DNA of 64,000 nt from Candidatus Sabulitectum sp. GTDB taxonomy: Bacteria > Fermentibacterota > Fermentibacteria > Fermentibacterales > JCC-6. A program made the position numbers and the translations under genes. Of this stretch, positions 26,601 through 34,914 are shown in pieces (the stretch's first letter is position 1; each line of letters begins with the position of its first letter). Under the pieces are notes generated by a model. It saw only the letters and a program-made list of their open reading frames with translations, was not told the origin of the DNA and did no database searches. The DNA lies in NCBI GenBank assembly GCA_023145375.1, contig JAGLDY010000013.1, positions 26,868 to 90,867 on the forward strand, read 5' to 3'.

Positions 26601-27816
26601 GACCACCTATCTCAAAAATGGTATCTACCTCAGGGTCGATCTCGATGGCGGCTCTTGCCTGTGCTGATATCTCGTTCCTCACAACATCCGCACCGACGAA
26701 ATCACCTGTCATGTATCTACCACTGCCTGTCACTCCCACGCCGAGTACCGGTGCTGAACTCAGCCTGGGTCCCATGGTCCGGAGACCGTTCTTAACTGCC
26801 TCCAGTGGTTTTCCGGCTGTTCTCAGGTACAGACGACCCACTACCTTTCCACCTGTGGATACAGCAGCAAGATTGGTGCTGATGGACCCCACATCAATGC
26901 CCAGATAGATACCCTCTGGTGGAAGTTCCTCCGAAATGGTGAAATCAGCCTTCTCCATTGCAAAGGGTCTCAGTGAAGGCAGGATCTCAATTTCACTGCC
27001 CATGGAATTGATCAATTCCCGAACCTGTTGAACGGTCAGGATCTTCGGTTCTTTTGACATCGCCGCACCTGCAGCAGTAAGTACATTGAAGTTCTCCGGA
27101 ACGGTAACATTACCATCCAGTACACTTTGAAATGCCTTGACCATGCCTCTGTTAGCAGCAACTCCCCCAACGAACATTACAGGGTATCTGAACCGTCTTC
27201 CAGCAGCAATAACACTTCTGAAGTTTCTTGCCACTGCAAAGCAGAGACCACTTACGATCTCGGCTACAGTTGCTCCAACCTGCTGAAGGTGGATCATGTC
27301 ACTCTTTGCGAACACGCTGCATCGGCCTGCTATCCTCGGCGGTGCGTTACAGGTAACAGCAAGGTCTCCCATTTCCTCTGGTGTAAGCCCCAACCTGCCT
27401 GCCTGCTGATCAAGAAATGACCCGGTTCCCGCAGCACAGATGGAATTCATGGAAAATTCATCCATCACCGTTTCACCTGTTGCATCGGTTCGCATTAAAA
27501 GAAGTTTTGAGTCCTGACCACCCATTTCGATCACAGAGCCTGCATCAGGTAGAAACTCTGAAACAGAGATACCCAGTGCCACGACTTCATTCACCATACT
27601 GACTCCGGTGAATTCTGCAAGTCTTGATGAACCGGCCCCGGTAAGGACCAGAGGCGTACTGCCAAGTTCAGGGTGTTCCTTGAAGAGGGTCAAGAGCGTC
27701 TCCATAGGTTTACCCTGGTGTCTGCGGTAGATCTTCTGAATTATTCTTTTATCTTGAAGGAATGCTGCCTTTATGGCGACAGACCCTATATCAATACCTG
27801 CGGTTATATTGTTCAT
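23677..27816 (-). CDS. Acyl-CoA dehydratase activase-related fusion: two BcrAD/BadFG ATPase modules plus DUF2229/HGD-D-like dehydratase-type domains (PlsA/PlsR-like)
   Basis: 1379 aa. ATPase module 1: GIDIGSVAIK...GGQDSK...CAAGTGSFLD. ATPase module 2: GIDVGSISTN...GGQDSK...CAAGTGSFLE. This is followed by the Cys-rich CKACSNNCEIH...GGRCEKYE, then ARSLWFWELFPFFGTFFRSLGCRVVVS...CFPVKIAHGH and GPCRFGRY. Confidence 0.75.
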   Translation of the reverse strand: MNNITAGIDIGSVAIKAAFLQDKRIIQKIYRRHQGKPMETLLTLFKEHPELGSTPLVLTGAGSSRLAEFTGVSMVNEVVALGISVSEFLPDAGSVIEMGGQDSKLLLMRTDATGETVMDEFSMNSICAAGTGSFLDQQAGRLGLTPEEMGDLAVTCNAPPRIAGRCSVFAKSDMIHLQQVGATVAEIVSGLCFAVARNFRSVIAAGRRFRYPVMFVGGVAANRGMVKAFQSVLDGNVTVPENFNVLTAAGAAMSKEPKILTVQQVRELINSMGSEIEILPSLRPFAMEKADFTISEELPPEGIYLGIDVGSISTNLAAVSTGGKVVGRLYLRTAGKPLEAVKNGLRTMGPRLSSAPVLGVGVTGSGRYMTGDFVGADVVRNEISAQARAAIEIDPEVDTIFEIGGQDSKYISIYKGRVVDFEMNKVCAAGTGSFLEEQAEKLNIEIEDFGPMALSAAEPCRLGERCTVFMESDVVSHQAVSTPVEQITSGLCYSIVRNYLHRVVGERKIGKKIFFQGGTAHNQGVVAAFNAVLGEGREVILPPHHDVTGAIGVALMARDFMKEGQVSTFRGWSLSENSYTQDSFICKACSNNCEIHRVTLEDGTKLLYGGRCEKYETGSMQTTPGGENLFKERVENLFNCSGDEWGKGPVVGIARSLWFWELFPFFGTFFRSLGCRVVVSGKSTASTVHSGVESVAAETCFPVKIAHGHVMELLEKGVKTLFLPSILRNKPQGDFTESYNCPYIQGSPYILDAGLVLNQMTDVKVLKPVLDFSLPGDEWMSTLIETAVELGFSTGDAKRALKAAELAQTKFTEVNWEIGARAIRNLNGRRGFVIVSRPYNGSDPVVNTDLPAKLAKLGGVVIPLDLLPMSMERASEGYSNMYWHYGQRILAGGIAIKENENLHAVYISNFGCGPDSFIEHSFKEIMGEKPYLAIEIDEHAADAGVITRCEAFLDALDGAGTSGTETYEPPEVKKEDITGRTLWIPLMSEASYLAAAAVRNRGLDARVIPPTTSETVALGRTVTTGRECYPAIITVGSMLKILETGKPEKSAFFMATASGPCRFGRYCNFQRQVLEKKGYTNVPVLTATSSDSYSNIPGLGSKKFQKDLLQSLAAADILKRALLRIRPYEATPGSADALFSKWLGEFEKALEEGRSLPAQVKKAAAEFMKFSRKDTPRKPLVAVFGEIYVRNDDYANDNTIRKLEDLGAEVIYTPLTEWFDYVNHSYIEKSKQKRKTASVIKGKAIGMVITKVKRAVEKPFDTLLEGTPHVSASQVMKASAPYMAENIGGEAVLSIGAPIALLEHGGIDGAVNIYPFNCLPGTIVSAISRRIKRDKPGLPWLNLAFDGQEDTDNTSRFEAFMDQVRRLHHGKRGQKEGNR

Positions 27817-27822
27817 ACAAAC

Positions 27823-27846
27823 TCCCGGTTCACAGTTGAACCGGGA
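27823..27846 (-). promoter_or_regulatory. Perfect 10-bp hairpin whose 3' arm contains the SD of the 1379-aa gene (or terminator of the upstream lipoprotein gene)
   Basis: The minus-strand RNA reads UCCCGGUUCA-acug-UGAACCGGGA-GUUUGU-AUG. The GGGAG SD is paired in the stem and the AUG follows 6 nt later. Confidence 0.45.
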
Positions 27847-27907
27847 ATATGTTCATACAGAGAGCCTTCGGGCACCCCCAAAAGCACTTACGGACTACCT
27901 ATCGCGT

Positions 27908-28237
27908 TCAGAACGTGTAATTTACACTCATTTCATCAGATGCAAAAAGAATGCTTACCCTCTCTGCCAGACTTGCGGAATCTATAGAAGCGTACTCAAT
28001 ATCCCACTGCTGTCCATTGGCTTCCCACTGAAGAAGAATTACTGTTGCAGCCTGAGGGAAAGCCATGTCCGAGCCAAAGGTCTTATCCACACCGATGTTC
28101 TGCCATGTCTCTGTGTTCTCGGCAATGGTAAGTGTCACAGTTTCAATATCCATTCCTGTTCCATTCTTAAGCTGTATCTTTGATCCTCCGCAACCTGCCA
28201 GAAGAACGATCGCCGATAGAACAAGTATCTTTTTCAT
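27908..28237 (-). CDS. Small lipoprotein, unknown function
   Basis: MKKILVLSAIVLLAGCGGS lipobox. 109 aa. Confidence 0.5.
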   Translation of the reverse strand: MKKILVLSAIVLLAGCGGSKIQLKNGTGMDIETVTLTIAENTETWQNIGVDKTFGSDMAFPQAATVILLQWEANGQQWDIEYASIDSASLAERVSILFASDEMSVNYTF

Positions 28238-28295
28238 GTTTCCTCCAATTATTGTGGAACCTATCCTTTTACCCCGGTTTACTTAGGAAGTATAA

Positions 28296-30302
28296 TTGCT
28301 TTTAACTCTGAACGGGAGGATAGCTCTGAAACTGATCTTCATTTCAGCCCTGTTACTTTTTCCAGCAATTGCACAGGGGTACATTGGTCCCGGTGCGGGG
28401 TTTGGGATTCTTACGTCCTTTGTGGTCTTCCTGAACGCAATCGCCGTTTCTCTCCTTTCTTTTCTCTTCTGGCCGGTGATGGTGTTTATAAGGTCCATAA
28501 AGAAACGCAGACGGCCTCTTAAAGCTGAGTGCGATAAAGTAGTGATCCTTGGTCTTGATGGTCTTTCTCCGCATCTGGTAGAAAAATACTGGGAAAATGG
28601 AGATCTGCCCAACCTGAAAAAGCTTTCAGAGGAAGGATCATATACACGGATGAGAACAACAACTCCCGGCATCTCACCTGTGGCATGGTCAAGCTTTCAG
28701 ACCGGCGTAAATCCCGGTAAACACGGCATCTTTGATTTCCTCGCCGCCGACCGCAAAAGGTACCTGGCTGTTCTCAGTTCGGTAAAAACAAAAACGTTCT
28801 CAAAGAGGAACTTCCTGGGTATCAGGAAGAAAAAAATGTCCTCTACCCTGCTCCGTATGAGTAAACCATTCTGGGCTCTTCTTGGAAAGTATGGTGTCAG
28901 ATCCACGATCCTCCGGGTGCCTATCACCTATCCACCCGAGCCCCTTGACGGAAGGCTCTTAAGTGGAATGTGCGTGCCTGACCTCAGGGGTAGCCAGGGA
29001 AGCTATACTGTGATGGCTCCTGAAGGTGCTGCAACCAGTTTCACCGGTGGCATTGGCTGTGCTCTGACAGAGCAGGAAAAGGGCTTGTGGCTGGGGGTAA
29101 TTCCAGGCCCGGAGGGTTGTGAACCGGTTGATGTTCTTCTGAAAAAAAGCGGTGACGGCATCTGGGAGATTCGCTCTGGTGATGAAATGATAAAGATTGA
29201 ACACAAGAGACTGTCAGGATGGCTCACCCTCTGCTACAGAGCGGGAAGGACAAAGATCAAAGGGATAGCCCGTTTCAGAGTGACCGATGGTCCTGTTGTC
29301 TACTGCACTGCACTCCATGTTGATCCATCCAGCCCTGTTGTACCTCTCTCTCACCCGGTTCATTATTCCAGATACCTTGCAGGGGCTGTGGGGCAGTTCG
29401 CCACACTGGGTCTTGCGGAGGACACATGGGCTCTCTCGAACGGTCACCTTGATGAAAAAAGTTTCCTTGATATGGCCTGGGCTTACTACGGTGAGCGGAA
29501 AAGGATGTTCACTAATGCGCTCACTAACGGCAAAGATGGCCTTACAGTCTGTGTCTTTGATACTTCTGACAGAATTCAGCACATGTTCTGGGGCGATGGA
29601 TTTGATCCTGGAAGCGTGATACACAAAATGTACATTGAGATGGACAGACTTGTGGGAGAAACGGTTGCACGGATGAAAAAGAACCAGAGACTTATAGTAT
29701 TATCAGATCACGGATTCACCTCGTTCCATACATGTGTCGATTTTAACAGATGGCTGGTGGATAACGACTACATGGTACTTGAGGATGGAGTAAAGAGCAT
29801 TGATGCATCCTATCACGGAGTGGACTGGTCCAGAACAAAAGCTTACGCCATGGGGCTTTCAGGTATAAACTTGAACATGAAAGGTCGCGAGGGCAAGGGT
29901 ATAGTTACAAAAAAGGAAAGGAGCTCCCTAATGCTTGAGATAAAGGAAAAGCTCCTTCAGCTTAAAGATGGCAACGATCATGTTATCCGCTCTGTCAAAT
30001 TCGCCGGAGATATCTACTCAGGTGGCTATGTAAGTCGCAGCCCTGACCTGATCCCGGGTACCAACGCCGGTTACCGGGCTGACTGGGGATGCGTTACAGG
30101 TTGCGTAGGTGCGAAAACCATCTATCCCAACGACAGACACTGGAACGGTGATCACTGTCATGATTCTGACCTTGTTAAGGGTATACTTTTCACAAGCTGG
30201 AAACATGGCTCTGACAACCCTTCCATTATGGATGTAGCTCCCTCTGTACTGAAAATGCTTGGAGTTGATCCACCTGGCTACATGGACGGGAGAACGCTGT
30301 GA
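28296..30302 (+). CDS. Membrane-anchored alkaline phosphatase superfamily protein (type I phosphodiesterase/nucleotide pyrophosphatase-like), paralogue 1
   Basis: N-terminal TM pair flanks GYIGPGAGFG. Motifs VVILGLDGLSPHL, TTPGISPVAWSSFQTGVNPGKHGIFDF, VLSDHGF and NGDHCHD are present. The start is uncertain: TTG at 28296 abuts a TATAAT-like hexamer, and a CTG at 28326 follows GGGAGG. Confidence 0.75.
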   Translation: MLLTLNGRIALKLIFISALLLFPAIAQGYIGPGAGFGILTSFVVFLNAIAVSLLSFLFWPVMVFIRSIKKRRRPLKAECDKVVILGLDGLSPHLVEKYWENGDLPNLKKLSEEGSYTRMRTTTPGISPVAWSSFQTGVNPGKHGIFDFLAADRKRYLAVLSSVKTKTFSKRNFLGIRKKKMSSTLLRMSKPFWALLGKYGVRSTILRVPITYPPEPLDGRLLSGMCVPDLRGSQGSYTVMAPEGAATSFTGGIGCALTEQEKGLWLGVIPGPEGCEPVDVLLKKSGDGIWEIRSGDEMIKIEHKRLSGWLTLCYRAGRTKIKGIARFRVTDGPVVYCTALHVDPSSPVVPLSHPVHYSRYLAGAVGQFATLGLAEDTWALSNGHLDEKSFLDMAWAYYGERKRMFTNALTNGKDGLTVCVFDTSDRIQHMFWGDGFDPGSVIHKMYIEMDRLVGETVARMKKNQRLIVLSDHGFTSFHTCVDFNRWLVDNDYMVLEDGVKSIDASYHGVDWSRTKAYAMGLSGINLNMKGREGKGIVTKKERSSLMLEIKEKLLQLKDGNDHVIRSVKFAGDIYSGGYVSRSPDLIPGTNAGYRADWGCVTGCVGAKTIYPNDRHWNGDHCHDSDLVKGILFTSWKHGSDNPSIMDVAPSVLKMLGVDPPGYMDGRTL

Positions 30303-32248
30303 AAAGAAGAGACTTTCTTAAAAAAGCTCTACTGACACCTGCAGCTCTTGCAGCGCTCAGCGCAGGTTGCGGTAAAACAGCCGGCGTATCCGGCAAAAGA
30401 CTGATCGTACTGGGCGTTGACGGAATGGACCCGAATCTTCTTGAGAGTTTTGTGGAAAAAGGGCTGATGCCCAACACGAAACGACTGATGGAGATGGGCA
30501 GTTTCAGCAGGCTGGGTACATCGAATCCCCCCCAGAGCCCTGTTGCATGGTCAAATTTCATAACAGGAGCCCCTCCACCGGTTCACGGTATTTTTGATTT
30601 CATACACAGAGACCCTGAAACCATGAGACCATTTCTCTCCATTTCCGAGGTCTCCCCGCCGGATTCAACTCTGAACCTGGGAAAGCTCCGGTTACCCATC
30701 TCCGGTGGAGGTGTCGATCTGTTAAGAAAAGGCACACCTTTCTGGAATTCCCTGCTTCAAAGGGGTATACCGGTGACCATGGTGAAACTTCCTGTTGATT
30801 TCCCGCCTCCCCCTGCAAACAGCCACGGGTTGTTCCTCTCCGGCCTGGGGACCCCTGATATACGAGGCAGCCAGGGAAGCTTTACCTTCTTCACAGACGA
30901 TCCAAGAGCCATATCCGATGACACTGGAGGTGGTGTTGTGATCCCTGTACGGGATTATGGCAACGGCTGTTACACCTGCCGTGTGGATGGTCCTGCAAAT
31001 TCTCTCATAGAGGGAAATCCCACTATGAGTGTTGAAGTTAAAGCCTGGGTGGACAGAGATTCCAGAGCTGTAAGGATCGATATGGGAGATGCTTCCGTTG
31101 TCATAGGTGAAAAACAGTGGAGTCCCTGGATGCATTTCAGTTTCCCTGCACTTGGCCCGTTATCCACAGTTCACGCAATCGGCAGGTTCTATCTGAAGGA
31201 AGCTGCACCAAAGCTGAAGCTCTATCTCTCCCCTTTGAATATTGATCCCGAGAACCCGGCCCTTCCCATTTCCAGCCCTGACTGGTACTCAAGGGATCTG
31301 GCTGAAGATGCAGGTCTCTTTTACACACAGGGATTTCCCGAGGATACCAAAGCTCTGTCCAGAGGGATCTTTAACGATGACGATTACCTCTCCCAGGCAG
31401 AAATGGTCCTTAAAGAGAGAATGAGCCTTTTCCACTCGGTTCTATCCAGATACAGAGAAGGACTTCTGTTCTTCTACTTCACCAGCCTGGATCTGAACGT
31501 CCATATGTTCTACCGGTCAATGGACCCTGCAAGCCCTCTCTACGACGCAACGGAATCAAGATTTTCCGGTGTGATCGCCGATCTCTACTTCAGAATTGAT
31601 ATTGCTGTGGGTGAAGCAATGGAGCTTCTTGACCACAGAACCGAAATAATTCTTCTGTCCGACCACGGTTTCGCTCCTTTCCGCAGAAGCTTCAACCTTA
31701 ATTCATTCCTCGCTGCAGAAGGTTTTGCTGATATTTCCTCCCCATACCAGAGAAACAGTGATATGTTTGCCTGCCTGGACTGGAGCAAGACTGGAGCCTA
31801 CGGTCTGGGTCTAAACGGTCTTTACATAAATCAGGCTGGAAGAGAAAAGAACGGGATCATTACTTCCGCGGACAAGAGAAGTCTCATGGAAAGGTTGAAA
31901 TCATCTCTTGAAGGTGCCATTGATCCGTTAACCGGTGAAAAACCTGTAAAGAACCTCTTCATCCTGGAGGATGTGTACCCTGGCTATGATATGCCCCCCT
32001 GGGCACCTGACATGCTGGTTGGCTACTCCCACGGCTACAGGGCAAGCTGGGAGACAACCCTGGGAGCATTTCCAGAAGGGGTCATAACAGACAACATGGA
32101 TCCATGGAGTGGAACACACTGTATCTCCCCTGATGTCTGCCCCGGCTCACTTGTAACATCCTTGAAAACCATTCCCGCTAATCCCACCCTGACGGAGATG
32201 GGTTCATTGATCAACCGGATCCTCACTGACGAAGATAGTGTTTTATGA
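30299..32248 (+). CDS. Tat-signal lipoprotein, alkaline phosphatase superfamily (PF01663-like), paralogue 2
   Basis: The GTG start overlaps the upstream stop (GTGA). MKRRDFLKKALLTPAALAALSAGCGK carries a twin-Arg plus lipobox. Motifs LIVLGVDGMDPNL, SNPPQSPVAWSNFITGAPPPVHGIFDF, LLSDHGF and SGTHC are present. Confidence 0.75.
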   Translation: MKRRDFLKKALLTPAALAALSAGCGKTAGVSGKRLIVLGVDGMDPNLLESFVEKGLMPNTKRLMEMGSFSRLGTSNPPQSPVAWSNFITGAPPPVHGIFDFIHRDPETMRPFLSISEVSPPDSTLNLGKLRLPISGGGVDLLRKGTPFWNSLLQRGIPVTMVKLPVDFPPPPANSHGLFLSGLGTPDIRGSQGSFTFFTDDPRAISDDTGGGVVIPVRDYGNGCYTCRVDGPANSLIEGNPTMSVEVKAWVDRDSRAVRIDMGDASVVIGEKQWSPWMHFSFPALGPLSTVHAIGRFYLKEAAPKLKLYLSPLNIDPENPALPISSPDWYSRDLAEDAGLFYTQGFPEDTKALSRGIFNDDDYLSQAEMVLKERMSLFHSVLSRYREGLLFFYFTSLDLNVHMFYRSMDPASPLYDATESRFSGVIADLYFRIDIAVGEAMELLDHRTEIILLSDHGFAPFRRSFNLNSFLAAEGFADISSPYQRNSDMFACLDWSKTGAYGLGLNGLYINQAGREKNGIITSADKRSLMERLKSSLEGAIDPLTGEKPVKNLFILEDVYPGYDMPPWAPDMLVGYSHGYRASWETTLGAFPEGVITDNMDPWSGTHCISPDVCPGSLVTSLKTIPANPTLTEMGSLINRILTDEDSVL

Positions 32249-33012
32249 ATGTCCTCTTTGATGCTCTTCTATTCCCGTTTAGACGATTCGACCCGCTCTG
32301 GGGTCTCATGTGGATAAGCGCCCTGTCAGGGATCATGATGATCCTGGTGTTCAAGAAAACTTCAGATCAGCAGGCAATATCTCTTCTGAGAAAAAGAATG
32401 GGATCCCGGGCACTGGGAATGCTTCTATTCCTGGAAAGCCCGCCCACTGTGATCAGGCTGGCTCTTGGCCTGATAGTGGATAATTTCATTTATCTATGGC
32501 ACCTGTTAAAACCAATGCTGATCATTGCTCTACCATTTGTGATAATTACTTCACAGCTTGACGCGAGGTATTCCAGGGAGCCTCTTAATGCAGAGAATCC
32601 ATCAACAGTCACTGTTTACTGGGAAGACTCTATTCCCGAATCTCAGTACGGAGCACCGGAAGAAGGACTTATTATCTCTCCTATAGTTACCATTACAGAC
32701 TCTCTGGAACAGAGTTTTTCTTTTACCGGCAGTAATGGTATTTTTGTTCATCAGACCATTGGGATCAAACTTGGATCCAGGGGACCTTCCGGTTCTGTTC
32801 TTGTGAGAGGTGCTGAGAAAAGCAATGCTATTCAAGCTCTTTTCCGTCCGTGGAATGCAAACGCTGGAGAGGGCATACTGAAAATAAATTCACATATTCA
32901 GGAGACCCGGTACATCATTCTTGGTGGCAGGTGGAGTTTCTTTGCGGTATTTCTTGTTTTCTCCAGCATCTGGGCCATCCTGGGAACAGTGATCTTTAAA
33001 GTAAAGGTATAA
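32245..33012 (+). CDS. Integral membrane protein, unknown function
   Basis: ATGA overlap with the upstream gene. About four hydrophobic segments surround a ~110-aa soluble loop. I recognise no family. Confidence 0.55.
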   Translation: MNVLFDALLFPFRRFDPLWGLMWISALSGIMMILVFKKTSDQQAISLLRKRMGSRALGMLLFLESPPTVIRLALGLIVDNFIYLWHLLKPMLIIALPFVIITSQLDARYSREPLNAENPSTVTVYWEDSIPESQYGAPEEGLIISPIVTITDSLEQSFSFTGSNGIFVHQTIGIKLGSRGPSGSVLVRGAEKSNAIQALFRPWNANAGEGILKINSHIQETRYIILGGRWSFFAVFLVFSSIWAILGTVIFKVKV

Positions 33013-33029
33013 ATACCGAAAGGGTTGGC

Positions 33030-33227
33030 ATGGCTAAACTGAAATTCAAAATAGACAATGAACTGAAAGACCGTCTTGACAAGGTCTCGGAAGCTGGTGG
33101 CTACTCATCGGCTGAGGAATTCATTCTGCATATTGTACAGCGGGAGCTGGATAAGCTTGACCCTGGTGCAGATGAATCAGAAGAAGAAATACGGAAGAAA
33201 CTGGAAGGACTGGGATACCTGGGTTAA
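33030..33227 (+). CDS. Small ribbon-helix-helix (CopG/Arc-like) protein with acidic tail
   Basis: 65 aa. KFKIDNELKDRLDKVSEAGGYSSAEEFILHIVQRELDK has a beta-alpha-alpha pattern. The tail is DPGADESEEEIRKKLEGLGYLG. Confidence 0.5.
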   Translation: MAKLKFKIDNELKDRLDKVSEAGGYSSAEEFILHIVQRELDKLDPGADESEEEIRKKLEGLGYLG

Positions 33228-33283
33228 GGGCAGACAATTCAACATATTTTGCCATAGCTAACAGAAGAACGACGGGAGCATTT

Positions 33284-34162
33284 ATGGCTGATGTACATCC
33301 GCTTCAGGTAAAGAGGCTCAGCAAGCGATTCCCCAGGAAACGGGGACTTGGTTCTGTCCAGGCTGTCTCGGACCTCTCTTTTGCAGTACGGCAGGGTGAG
33401 ATAGTAGGGTTCATAGGTCACAACGGAGCAGGAAAAACCACAACTATCAAATGCCTGCTGGGACTTCTCAAACCATCTGAAGGCAGTATCTCTCTCTGGG
33501 GTTATACACCTGCCTCCCGGAAGGTAAGAGCCAGGATAGGATACATACCCGAGAACCCGGATTACGATGATTCTTTTTCACCCATGGAGTACCTGAGCAT
33601 GTTCGCCTCCATGAGGGGGCTGTCTGGAGATGATAAGAGCTGGTTGAAACTCCTGAAGAGGGTTGGCCTGTCCAGCTGGGAAACAACTGGTATCAGACAG
33701 TTTTCCAAGGGCATGAGACAGCGCATGAGCCTGGCCATTGCTCTACAGTCAAATCCCGACCTGCTGGTTCTGGATGAACCAACAGGCGGTCTTGATCCCA
33801 TGGCAAGAAAGGAATTCAGAGAAATCATCATTGAGGAGAACAAAAGAGGAGCTTCGGTCTTTCTCTCTTCTCATATTCTTTCAGATGTTGAGACCATCTG
33901 TCACAGAGCTGTTATTCTTTCCCGCGGAAAACTGGTTACAGAAGGCTCTATGAAGGAACTTCTAGGTGGCGAGAACTTGTACAGAATAGTAGTTATCAGC
34001 AGAAAGACCGGCGAAGAAATTGAGGAGATAATACCGGAAGCTGATCTACAGAGCAGGATTGACTCTTTGAGAAGAGACAATCTGCCCATAGTGAAAGTGG
34101 AAATGGCCCTGAAATCGCTGGAAGATGTTTTTCTCTCAGCAGCAGGGGGTGAGAGCAAATGA
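33284..34162 (+). CDS. ABC transporter ATP-binding protein (ABC-2 subfamily type)
   Basis: Walker A GHNGAGKTT, signature FSKGMRQR and Walker B LLVLDEPTGGLD. Confidence 0.85.
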   Translation: MADVHPLQVKRLSKRFPRKRGLGSVQAVSDLSFAVRQGEIVGFIGHNGAGKTTTIKCLLGLLKPSEGSISLWGYTPASRKVRARIGYIPENPDYDDSFSPMEYLSMFASMRGLSGDDKSWLKLLKRVGLSSWETTGIRQFSKGMRQRMSLAIALQSNPDLLVLDEPTGGLDPMARKEFREIIIEENKRGASVFLSSHILSDVETICHRAVILSRGKLVTEGSMKELLGGENLYRIVVISRKTGEEIEEIIPEADLQSRIDSLRRDNLPIVKVEMALKSLEDVFLSAAGGESK

Positions 34163-34914
34163 AAACTGTTTTTACCTTCTCTCTCATGACTTTAAGAATG
34201 CTGGCTCGCAGAAGAACACTGTGGGGAATTCTTATTGTGATCTTTCTGGCACTGGTTGGAATATCATCGGTACCCTCCTTTGATGTGGGCAACCAGGGCA
34301 GGTTCATTCTTGACTTTGGTCTATTCGGAATTGAGGTTGGCGCCCTGCTGCTTGCACTGGGTCTTGCATCCAACCTGTACCCCAGAGACCGGGAGACCAG
34401 GAGCCTTATGCCCCTGCTTGCAGTTCCACTGGCCCGGTGGCAATACCTTCTGGGAAGATTCTTCGGGGCAGCCCTGGTTCAGGCTGCTGCTCTCATAGTA
34501 ACATGTCTCGGTCTTATGCTGATCCTTCTTTTCCATGAACTTCCCATCCCTGCGGATCTGCTCCCTGCAACCCTGCTTATAATTGTCGAAGGATGGTTCC
34601 TTCTATCAACGGTGTTCTTTTTCAGTTTTATTGCCTCACCACCGCTGAACTGGCCACTGACCACAATGCTCTTCGTGGTCAGTCAGATGAGCGTCTCTGA
34701 ATTCGTGGGCATCATGCCATCTGCACCGGGGTTCATGAGATTTGTTCGCCTGCTTCTTCCCCACGCTGATGTTTTTCACATAAAAGATCCCATAGCTCAT
34801 GGATTCGAAATTGAACCGGTGTACTTCATCATTGCCATTTTTTATGGGCTATGCTACGCCGCATTCATGCTCTCTCTGGCACTGGCTCTTTTCAGAGGGC
34901 GTGATATTAAATGA
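34159..34914 (+). CDS. ABC-2 type permease
   Basis: 4-nt overlap with the ATPase gene. 251 aa with multiple TM segments. Confidence 0.7.
   Translation: MKTVFTFSLMTLRMLARRRTLWGILIVIFLALVGISSVPSFDVGNQGRFILDFGLFGIEVGALLLALGLASNLYPRDRETRSLMPLLAVPLARWQYLLGRFFGAALVQAAALIVTCLGLMLILLFHELPIPADLLPATLLIIVEGWFLLSTVFFFSFIASPPLNWPLTTMLFVVSQMSVSEFVGIMPSAPGFMRFVRLLLPHADVFHIKDPIAHGFEIEPVYFIIAIFYGLCYAAFMLSLALALFRGRDIK

Noticed and set aside
28296-32248. The AP-superfamily pair as PglZ (BREX) proteins or as sulfatases matured by the SPASM radical SAM enzyme at 55640.
   Set aside because: No other BREX genes are present. The nucleophile region (T.PGISPVAW) lacks the (C/S)xPxR formylglycine motif. The rSAM gene is more than 20 kb away in a separate coupled operon.
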